DNA of 5,208 nt, taken from contig JACAFS010000059.1 in NCBI GenBank assembly GCA_013378385.1, forward strand, positions 1-5,208, given 5' to 3'. Each line of letters opens with the position of its first letter. Position 1 is the first letter of the stretch. Below the pieces are notes generated by a model. It saw only the letters and a list, made by a program, of their open reading frames with translations, searched no databases and had not been told where the DNA came from. Shown here one piece after another: positions 1 through 5,063 of this stretch. A program made the translations under genes and the position numbers. This DNA is from Nitrososphaerota archaeon. Lineage in GTDB: Archaea; Thermoproteota; Nitrososphaeria; Nitrososphaerales; UBA57.

Positions 1-240
1 ATGATCTACAATAGGCACATGTTTGTATGTAACAGAATCATCGGAAAGGACTTCATCGCTCAAAGAACTAGTTGTCAGTGTAAGAATTGCAGAGATGCCC
101 TGTTTAATTAAATAATCCAATTCTGTTTTAGAATTAATAAATCCAGAACCTGCCACCTTATTTTCTACAAGCCATTTAAAATTAGTGGGTTTAGAAAATA
201 GAAATCCATACAGTTTTCTGTATATATCGCCGATAAGCAT
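1..240 (-). CDS. Atypical dual-specificity / PTP-like protein phosphatase, N-terminal 80 codons only (gene continues past the left edge)
   Basis: Hand translation of the reverse complement from ATG at 240-238 stays open to position 1: MLIGDIYRKLYGFLFSKPTNFKWLVENKVAGSGFINSKTELDYLIKQGISAILTLTTSSLSDEVLSDDSVTYKHVPIVDH. The layout (W-x4-K-x-A/G-GSG, then a hydrophobic strand, then H-x-P-I-x-D with the general-acid Asp) resembles small archaeal PTP/DSP enzymes of the SsoPTP type. The catalytic HCxxGxxR loop would lie outside the window, so the call rests on the N-terminal half only. It is absent from the ORF track because no stop codon is in the window. Confidence 0.6.
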   Translation of the reverse strand, partial: MLIGDIYRKLYGFLFSKPTNFKWLVENKVAGSGFINSKTELDYLIKQGISAILTLTTSSLSDEVLSDDSVTYKHVPIVDH

Positions 241-255
241 ACCAGAATCTATGAT

Positions 256-594
256 TTAGACAGATACGGATTTACCACATGCGCATGTAGATGTGACATT
301 AGGATTGCTAATCTTAAATCCCGAAGATTCAATTGATTCAAGATAATCAATATTAGAGCCGCCAAGATATTTTGCACTAAATGGATCGATGAAGATTTTT
401 AGGCCTTCAGTCTCAATAATAATGTCTTCGTCAGTACTGTTGTCTTCTAAAGCCATTCCATAAGTTAGACCTGCACAACCTCCGCCCGCTACATAAACTC
501 TTAATCCAGGACTAGATTTTTCTTCAATTTTCGAGAATTCTTTAACTTTATCGATTGCTTTTTGACTAATACTAACTAATTCTGTTTGACTCAT
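256..594 (-). CDS. iscA: HesB/IscA-family A-type iron-sulfur cluster carrier
   Basis: The translation has the three invariant cysteines in the A-type carrier arrangement C-x63-C-x-C (GGGCAGL ... TCACGKSVSV at the C-terminus) and is about 110 aa. The ORF-track start at 603 is a TTG. The first ATG is at 594 (MSQTELV...), and a TATA-like box at 616-627 ends 23 nt upstream of it, so 594 is preferred. Confidence 0.9.
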   Translation of the reverse strand: MSQTELVSISQKAIDKVKEFSKIEEKSSPGLRVYVAGGGCAGLTYGMALEDNSTDEDIIIETEGLKIFIDPFSAKYLGGSNIDYLESIESSGFKISNPNVTSTCACGKSVSV

Positions 595-615
595 AATTAT
601 CAATAGACACAGTCA

Positions 616-627
616 CAATATAAATTT
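616..627 (-). promoter_or_regulatory. Putative archaeal TATA box for the iscA-phosphatase transcript
   Basis: The minus strand reads AAATTTATATTG, and 23 nt separate the TTTATAT core from the ATG at 594. That spacing fits a leaderless or near-leaderless archaeal mRNA. The element abuts the stop codon (628-630) of the upstream gene. Confidence 0.45.
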
Positions 628-933
628 TTAATTTTTTGAACTAATGAAGGTGGTAAGTTTATTTATAGCATCGTCAGTTGTTTTTATTACAAAACTTGCA
701 TTAGGATTGCCAAAGATAATGGATACTTTTTTTTCATATTGTTCTTTCAAACCTGTTCCAGATGGACAAACTCCTAAACTTTGTATATCAAATGTATTGG
801 ATTTTATGAAATTCATATAAGAATTAAACAAGTCGGGGGATTTCCAATCTTCTTTATAATCTTCGCATAGCGCAATCCAGACTTCAATAATGCTATTATA
901 CAGAAGTTTTTCAGTTAATTTTGCAAGGCTCAT
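628..933 (-). CDS. Hypothetical protein, 101 aa, no recognisable family
   Basis: Uninterrupted ORF with an ATG start, the same strand and codon style as its neighbours, and it fills the gap between rpiA and iscA. By eye it looks like a mixed alpha/beta protein with two Cys (one in LGVCPSGTG). I recognise no diagnostic motif. Confidence 0.6.
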   Translation of the reverse strand: MSLAKLTEKLLYNSIIEVWIALCEDYKEDWKSPDLFNSYMNFIKSNTFDIQSLGVCPSGTGLKEQYEKKVSIIFGNPNASFVIKTTDDAINKLTTFISSKN

Positions 934-1000
934 TGTTCATCGCAGCAATAACCTATTTGACTATGGTTATCGAGACAGAAATTAATTATTGGCATAGGGT

Positions 1001-1675
1001 TCATCCGACTTCGACAGATCCATCTTCATTAGCTCGAAGAAATGTATCAATTTTCATAGAAAATATTCCATTAGCAATTATACCTGGAATATTAAGCAAT
1101 AATTGTTCGAGTTTCAATGGTTCAGTAATTTGATTGAAATGTGCATCAATGACTAAATTTCCGTTTTGTGTAAAAAATGGATATCCTTTATTCAGAGTAC
1201 GAAGAACTGGATTTCCGCCATTTGACTTAATTTTCTCTTCTACAAAGAATCTAGAAAACTCAGATACTTCCAAAGGTACAGGCCAAGTAATGACATCCAC
1301 GTATTTTGATGAATCGGCAACGATAATTGAGTGATTTGCAGCTTCAATCATAATTTTTTCACGATAATGAGCTCCGCCTCCGCCTTTTATCATAATATGA
1401 TTTTTATCAATTTCGTCCGCTCCGTCTACTACAACGTCAATTTCAGGAATAAGCGATGGAGATTCAAGAACTATACCATTATTCTGTGCAATAATTTCAA
1501 CTTGCATAGATGTAGGAATGCCTCGAACATCAAGATTTTCGTCAGTGATTCGTTTTCCTAAAGCATTAACAAATGCTGCAACAGCAGAGCCACTGCCAAG
1601 GCCGACTAATTGTCCGCTAGTGATTTTCTGAGCTGCTTGTTCGCCCATCTTTTTTAATGCATCTTCTTTACTCAT
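1001..1675 (-). CDS. rpiA: Ribose-5-phosphate isomerase A
   Basis: The 224-aa translation carries the RpiA signature blocks GLGSGSAV, VVDGADEID, IKGGGGAHYREK, TQNGNLVIDAHF and IPGIIANGIF, in the same order and spacing as bacterial and archaeal RpiA. Confidence 0.95.
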   Translation of the reverse strand: MSKEDALKKMGEQAAQKITSGQLVGLGSGSAVAAFVNALGKRITDENLDVRGIPTSMQVEIIAQNNGIVLESPSLIPEIDVVVDGADEIDKNHIMIKGGGGAHYREKIMIEAANHSIIVADSSKYVDVITWPVPLEVSEFSRFFVEEKIKSNGGNPVLRTLNKGYPFFTQNGNLVIDAHFNQITEPLKLEQLLLNIPGIIANGIFSMKIDTFLRANEDGSVEVG

Positions 1676-1678
1676 TCA

Positions 1679-1687
1679 ATTACCTTC
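1679..1687 (-). promoter_or_regulatory. Shine-Dalgarno-like site for rpiA, embedded in the end of the upstream 68-aa ORF
   Basis: The minus strand reads GAAGGTAAT (compare the consensus GGAGGTGAT, complementary to the archaeal 16S 3' end). It overlaps the TAA stop at 1682-1680 and ends 3 nt (TGA) before the rpiA ATG at 1675. Only 4 nt separate the two ORFs. Confidence 0.45.
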
Positions 1688-1886
1688 TTTTCAATTTAAT
1701 CTCAGAAATTCTATTCAAATATGGAATATTATTGCTGTTCACTATTGATTTGAGTTTCTTTTGTTCTTTAAATGACAATATTGATTTAGTTTTACGTGAG
1801 TTTCTAGGTAGAATTTTGATATTCGATTTTTCTATGTCGACTATATTAAGATCGTTGAATATTTTATCGATTGATTTTTCGCTCAT
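1680..1886 (-). CDS. Hypothetical small basic protein, 68 aa (Lys/Arg/Asn-rich)
   Basis: The ATG at 1886-1884 overlaps the TGA stop (1885-1883) of the upstream gene in an ATGA arrangement. Its own stop lies 4 nt before the rpiA start. Composition is strongly basic (PRNSRKTKS, KEQKKLK, KLKRR at the C-terminus). No family is recognised, and short ORFs in AT-rich DNA carry a real false-positive risk. Confidence 0.55.
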   Translation of the reverse strand: MSEKSIDKIFNDLNIVDIEKSNIKILPRNSRKTKSILSFKEQKKLKSIVNSNNIPYLNRISEIKLKRR

Positions 1887-2671
1887 TCTTCCACGTCCAT
1901 TTGTTCTAATCTGTTTAATGCATCTAATACCTCATCCCTGATTTCATTTACTTTATCGTCAGCCAATGGAGTATCTTTTGCTTTCTTAGGAATAGGTTTT
2001 TTCTCAATAGTTTCAGGATTGGTTTGTATCTTTTCGTCAGTTATCTGTTTATTGTTATCATTGTCTTCAATTGAAGTAACAGAAGCATTGGTAATTTTTT
2101 GTGGAATTTTCACTTTTTTAGAAGTTTCGATAAGAGTTTCTTTTGGTTTGGATGATTTTTCTGGGATGTCTTTTATAACAGGAGGCATGTCGGGTTTCGT
2201 AAATGTTTTAACTGTTTCTAGTTTCGTAGTTAATTCGTTCAATCGACGTTCTACTTGATTCAGTTTTTGTGAAAAAAGATTAGTGAGTTCTTCATGAAGA
2301 TTTTCCAATTCACTTGCTTCAAGAATCAATTCAGAGTCCTGGAGGCTATTATCAAGTGTTCGGATTTGTTCTCTATATCTATCGGATAGCAAATCTCGCT
2401 CTTTTTTGGTAATTCGTCCGTCGCCTTCTGCTTGGAATACACGTCCTAAAGCATCAGTATGAAGTTCTTTTTCGAGTTTTAAGGTCTTGTATCGAAGACG
2501 CGCTTGTTCGACTTCAAATTTTTTACCGATTTCAGGAATACTCTTAGTTGGTTTAGAGGCAATATCAGAACCAGGAAATTCTGGTTTTAGGTATTTACTA
2601 ACTAAAATAGAAAACGTTGTTCCAGCAATTATTCCGCCAAAAAGAGCAATGATGATTTCAAGAGCCGACAT
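1883..2671 (-). CDS. Hypothetical N-terminally membrane-anchored coiled-coil protein, 262 aa
   Basis: Residues 4-25 (LEIIIALFGGIIAGTTFSILVS) form one hydrophobic helix followed by KYLK. Residues ~50-155 are heptad-like and charged (EVEQARLRYKTLKLEKEL ... LNQVERRLNELTTKLETV). Residues ~156-235 are a low-complexity K/E/P/T/I linker. The last ~27 residues form an acidic amphipathic helix (DDKVNEIRDEVLDALNRLEQMDVEE). A TATA-like box lies upstream at 2696-2705. No family is recognised. Confidence 0.75.
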   Translation of the reverse strand: MSALEIIIALFGGIIAGTTFSILVSKYLKPEFPGSDIASKPTKSIPEIGKKFEVEQARLRYKTLKLEKELHTDALGRVFQAEGDGRITKKERDLLSDRYREQIRTLDNSLQDSELILEASELENLHEELTNLFSQKLNQVERRLNELTTKLETVKTFTKPDMPPVIKDIPEKSSKPKETLIETSKKVKIPQKITNASVTSIEDNDNNKQITDEKIQTNPETIEKKPIPKKAKDTPLADDKVNEIRDEVLDALNRLEQMDVEE

Positions 2672-2695
2672 TTCAATTTATGACTAGAAAAATCC

Positions 2696-2705
2696 GGATA
2701 TAAGC
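2696..2705 (-). promoter_or_regulatory. Putative BRE/TATA promoter for the 262-aa / 68-aa / rpiA transcription unit
   Basis: The minus strand reads GAAAAAGC-TTATAT-CC, a purine-rich BRE-like stretch followed by a TATA core. 26 nt separate the core from the ATG at 2671, implying a leader of only a few nucleotides. Confidence 0.5.
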
Positions 2706-2728
2706 TTTTTCAACGGTAAGAAATAGTG

Positions 2729-2735
2729 AAAAAAA
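2729..2735 (-). terminator. Oligo-T tract (T7) after rpl37e, candidate archaeal intrinsic terminator
   Basis: The minus strand reads TAA-TCTAC-TTTTTTT-CAC. The run of seven T starts 5 nt after the L37e stop codon and lies upstream of the next promoter-like element. Archaeal RNA polymerase is known to terminate at oligo-T tracts. Confidence 0.45.
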
Positions 2736-2740
2736 GTAGA

Positions 2741-2914
2741 TTATCGGACATGCATCCAATTATATTGTCGAATTTTTGCTGTTCCAGCTTTTCCAAAACC
2801 ACAAAATGCACATTTTTTATTTGTCAAATGGTATGCGTGTTTTCCACATCGGCGACATCGAATATGTGTTTTACCTCTGCCGTTTTTACCTGATGAAGTT
2901 GTACCTTTAACCAT
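2741..2914 (-). CDS. rpl37e: 50S ribosomal protein L37e
   Basis: MVKGTTSSGKNGRGKTHIRCRRCGKHAYHLTNKKCAFCGFG... has the typical L37e N-terminus (KGT-S-GK..-.THI.CRRCG) and a C-x2-C-x11-C-x2-C zinc ribbon. The ORF-track start at 2923 is a GTG that overlaps the Sm stop codon. The ATG at 2914 gives the canonical N-terminus. Confidence 0.93.
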   Translation of the reverse strand: MVKGTTSSGKNGRGKTHIRCRRCGKHAYHLTNKKCAFCGFGKAGTAKIRQYNWMHVR

Positions 2915-2918
2915 AATA

Positions 2919-2925
2919 ATCACCT
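2919..2925 (-). promoter_or_regulatory. Shine-Dalgarno site for rpl37e overlapping the Sm gene stop codon
   Basis: The minus strand reads AGGTGAT, a 7-nt match to the anti-16S consensus GGAGGTGATC. The Sm TGA stop lies inside it, and 4 nt separate it from the rpl37e ATG. This indicates coupled translation. Confidence 0.55.
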
Positions 2926-3150
2926 AGGTGGAGGAGATATAAGAATTACGTTATCGCCTCGTACGATAATAGTTCCCAGATCTTTAGTACTATCGCCCTC
3001 CAAAACTTCTTGAGATTCATCAAGAGTCAGATTCATATGTTGATCAAATCCTTGTAAAGATCCTCTGATTACCTTGTTGCCTTTGAGTTTAATTAGAACT
3101 ACCTTTCCAAGGCTCTCTTCCAACACTTTAACGGACATATCAACCGACAT
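2920..3150 (-). CDS. Sm-like (LSm / SmAP) RNA-binding protein
   Basis: 76 aa with an Sm1 motif ([18 protein letters not shown]) and an Sm2 motif ([12 protein letters not shown]). It sits immediately upstream of rpl37e, the conserved archaeal Sm-L37e pair. An in-frame ATG at 3138 (Met5) is an alternative start. Confidence 0.92.
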   Translation of the reverse strand: MSVDMSVKVLEESLGKVVLIKLKGNKVIRGSLQGFDQHMNLTLDESQEVLEGDSTKDLGTIIVRGDNVILISPPPR

Positions 3151-3179
3151 TGTTAATCATAAAAATGATGGTAATCGAG

Positions 3180-3187
3180 TTATATAA
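3180..3187. promoter_or_regulatory. Palindromic TATA element TTATATAA in the divergent Sm / adenosyltransferase intergenic region
   Basis: TTATATAA reads the same on both strands. On the minus strand its TTATATA core ends 30 nt before the Sm ATG (3150). On the plus strand it is 35 nt before the ATG at 3223. A second A/T box (TAAATTT, 3189-3195) follows it on the plus side. Confidence 0.4.
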
Positions 3188-3222
3188 GTAAATTTGGACA
3201 ATTTTTTAAATTATAAAATTAT

Positions 3223-3783
3223 ATGACTTATGTATTGAAAATTTATACAAAGAAAGGAGACAAGGGTAAAACAAATTTATTTGGTACAGATAAACGAATA
3301 AGTAAATCTTCAAAGAGAGTAAAGTCTTATGGCGAAATAGACGAATTAAACTCGTTCATAGGTATGGTTATGTCATTAGAATCTAAAGATCAATTCAAGG
3401 ATATCAAAAAAGAATTAGAAAGAATTCAAAATGATTTATTTATTATAGGCGGTGAACTGGCCACAATTTCAAACGATAAGAAATTAATAAAGAGAATTGA
3501 GAAAAAAGACGTCATAAGACTCGAGAATTCCATAGATTCTCATTCAGATAAATTAGAACCATTGGAGAATTTCATACTGCCAGGAGGATCCACCATAGCC
3601 GCGCTGTTTCATGTGGGAAGGACAATATGTAGAAGGGCAGAAAGGAACATTGTTGAACTGAATGAAGCAGAAGAAATTAACGAGGAAATTATTGTTTACC
3701 TGAATAGATTATCGGATTTGCTATTTATTCTTGCAAGAATTTCAAATAAAATGTTAGATGTAAAAGACATCAAGTGGAATTAA
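3223..3783 (+). CDS. PduO-type ATP:cob(I)alamin (corrinoid) adenosyltransferase
   Basis: 186 aa with the PduO/MMAB-family blocks KIYTKKGDKGKT-LFG, RVKSYGEIDELNSFIG, NFILPGGS and HVGRTICRRAER in the canonical order. Confidence 0.93.
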   Translation: MTYVLKIYTKKGDKGKTNLFGTDKRISKSSKRVKSYGEIDELNSFIGMVMSLESKDQFKDIKKELERIQNDLFIIGGELATISNDKKLIKRIEKKDVIRLENSIDSHSDKLEPLENFILPGGSTIAALFHVGRTICRRAERNIVELNEAEEINEEIIVYLNRLSDLLFILARISNKMLDVKDIKWN

Positions 3784-4639
3784 GTGTTCTTTCCAACACA
3801 ACAAGATTTGTTGATTGCTTAAATCCAGATTCTCCTAGAATATTCAACTGCTGAGAATTAACTTTTGGGATGCTAAAGATTTTATTTAGGGCAATAGATG
3901 GGTCATGATTTTGAAGAAACGACATTGCGTCATCGAAAATATTAGTAGACATTTCAAAGAACAATATCTGATAATCATTCTTATAGCCAAAATTTTTTGA
4001 AGGTTGTACGGCAATAAAAGATGAAGGTTTTAGCTTTGGAATTATTAGAAAGGCGTTCTTTGAGAATTCAGACAAGGTAATACTATTTGTAGGCCACCAT
4101 CTCCACCATAAAGGAATCAAATCCTCTTTTATCAGAGAATTTTTCATAATAGAGTAGATTTCATCAGAATCATCAATTATATAAAATTCCATTGGATCCG
4201 AAGCAGATTTAATGTACTTTCCGTCCAGTGAACAATATTGCGAATACAGTATTTCGTCAAATCCATTACTAGTAAACAGAGTTCTCGATGCAGTATTTTT
4301 TGTCGAAGTGACTAAACGGACATTTCGTGCTTCCAAATATCTAGATCGCTCCAAATAATCATCTAGTAAATACTTCGCGATTCCCTGACGTCGATAGGAT
4401 TCGTTAACCCTCAAGGTTTCAAGCCAAGAATCTGAACCAAGAAGGTAAGAATGGTATACGCCAATTATTCGATTTTTCAGTTCAGCGACAACGAATGAAC
4501 CAACGTCGTTCTCAATCCAATTATTCCAAACAGAAGGAAGAAAATCGTGGCCGTCCCAAATATTCTTACATAGATCGCTAATTTGATGCAGGTCCGATTC
4601 TATTCCACCACGAATTAGTAGTTTATCAATTAAGGGCAT
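3770..4639 (-). CDS. GNAT-family N-acetyltransferase with an uncharacterised ~145-aa C-terminal half
   Basis: Residues ~45-135 contain the GNAT acetyl-CoA motif A (RVNESYRRQGIAKYLLDDYL) and a motif B-like stretch (NTASRTLFTSNGFDE). Residues ~145-289 have no motif I recognise apart from a Trp cluster, PLWWRWWP. The substrate is unknown. Confidence 0.8.
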   Translation of the reverse strand: MPLIDKLLIRGGIESDLHQISDLCKNIWDGHDFLPSVWNNWIENDVGSFVVAELKNRIIGVYHSYLLGSDSWLETLRVNESYRRQGIAKYLLDDYLERSRYLEARNVRLVTSTKNTASRTLFTSNGFDEILYSQYCSLDGKYIKSASDPMEFYIIDDSDEIYSIMKNSLIKEDLIPLWWRWWPTNSITLSEFSKNAFLIIPKLKPSSFIAVQPSKNFGYKNDYQILFFEMSTNIFDDAMSFLQNHDPSIALNKIFSIPKVNSQQLNILGESGFKQSTNLVVLERTLNST

Positions 4640-4662
4640 TAATTTGAATAATTATTTTGATT

Positions 4663-4672
4663 GATTTTATAG
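4663..4672 (-). promoter_or_regulatory. Putative TATA box for the GNAT gene, overlapping the thioredoxin stop codon
   Basis: The minus strand reads CTATAAAATC. The trx TAA stop (4669-4667) lies inside the TATAAAAT core, and 24 nt separate the core from the GNAT ATG at 4639. No SD-like sequence lies in between. Confidence 0.4.
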
Positions 4673-4993
4673 ATATTCATTTATTTTTTCTTCGAAGATT
4701 TCTTGTGTTACAGCGCCAATAATAGAATTCATTACCTGGCCGTTCTTAATAATAAGAAAAGTGGGAATAGAACTAATTCCATATTTCGAAGGAGTAACTG
4801 GATTTTTATCAACATTAAGTTTTGCAAATACAAGTTTATTCTCATAGATTAAAGATAGCTCCTCAATAATTGGGTTCATTGCACGGCAAGGACCACACCA
4901 TTCAGCCCAGAAATCAACAATTACAAGAGAATTATCCCCGATAATTTGGTCAAAGTTTTCATCTGAAATAACTAAAGGAGATATTGATTGCAT
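4667..4993 (-). CDS. trxA: Thioredoxin
   Basis: 108 aa with the WAEWCGPCR active site, followed by the thioredoxin-fold blocks (KLNVDKNP, YGISSIPTFLIIKNGQ). Confidence 0.95.
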   Translation of the reverse strand: MQSISPLVISDENFDQIIGDNSLVIVDFWAEWCGPCRAMNPIIEELSLIYENKLVFAKLNVDKNPVTPSKYGISSIPTFLIIKNGQVMNSIIGAVTQEIFEEKINEYL

Positions 4994-5013
4994 ATATTAT
5001 CGAAGTTAAATTT

Positions 5014-5025
5014 GTATATAAAAAC
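5014..5025 (-). promoter_or_regulatory. Putative TATA box for thioredoxin (leaderless-type spacing)
   Basis: The minus strand reads GTTTTTATATAC, and 21 nt separate the TATATA core from the ATG at 4993. Confidence 0.5.
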
Positions 5026-5063
5026 ACCGGTACGATTTTGATGGATAAGAGGCAATTATGAAA

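Noticed and set aside
1-105. 34-codon plus-strand ORF at the left edge (MIYNRHMFVCNRIIGKDFIAQRTSCQCKNCRDALFN)
   Set aside because: It is short and antisense to the phosphatase-like gene, whose translation has convincing family features. The Cys pattern is not a recognisable zinc-ribbon spacing.
595-603. N-terminal extension MIIM- on the IscA ORF, and the identical-looking MIIM- extension on L37e (2915-2923)
   Set aside because: The extended starts are TTG (603) and GTG (2923), not ATG. The GTG overlaps the Sm stop codon and SD site. The internal ATGs give canonical family N-termini and correct promoter or SD spacing.
628-933. Frataxin (CyaY)-like reading of the 101-aa orphan, based on the acidic N-terminal helix EVWIALCEDYKEDW resembling the CyaY helix-1 pattern
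   Set aside because: The resemblance is limited to one short helix. The rest of the protein does not show the multi-strand sheet and C-terminal helix layout of frataxin. This is too weak to report as a call.
1886-1966. C-terminal helix of the 262-aa protein as a canonical MIM1 (D/E-x-x-L-x-x-R-L-x-x-L-K/R) ESCRT-III-type motif
   Set aside because: The hydrophobic spacing here is i, i+3, i+6, i+9 (L-x-x-L-x-x-L-x-x-M), with the Arg out of register. It does not satisfy the consensus, so I keep it only as a generic docking-helix hypothesis.
2649-2655. C-box-like ATGATGA, plus other TGATGA hits at 1306-1311, 2891-2896 and 3195-region ATGATGG variants, as possible C/D-box sRNA genes
   Set aside because: None is followed by a CTGA D box at about 50-70 nt, and none has terminal complementarity to form a kink-turn. 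All sit inside or antisense to coding sequence.
921-2687. Six plus-strand ORFs from the track (921-1133, 1134-1334, 1331-1561, 1657-1941, 2019-2258, 2487-2687)
   Set aside because: All lie antisense to well-supported minus-strand genes (rpiA, the 68-aa ORF and the 262-aa ORF). Their translations are Phe/Leu/Ile/Ser-rich low-complexity strings, typical of the reverse frame of Lys/Glu/Asn-rich AT-rich genes. None has a motif or a promoter-like element in front. I treat them as shadow ORFs.
4094-4108. DNA-level near-repeat TGGTGG-AGA-TGGTGG (minus strand)
   Set aside because: It is fully explained by the codons for WWRWW inside the GNAT ORF. It is not an independent regulatory repeat.
5041-5061. 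Mini-ORF ATGGATAAGAGGCAATTATGA (MDKRQL) between the trx and tRNA promoters
   Set aside because: Six codons, no SD or properly spaced TATA box, and located in a divergent promoter region. It is most likely chance.
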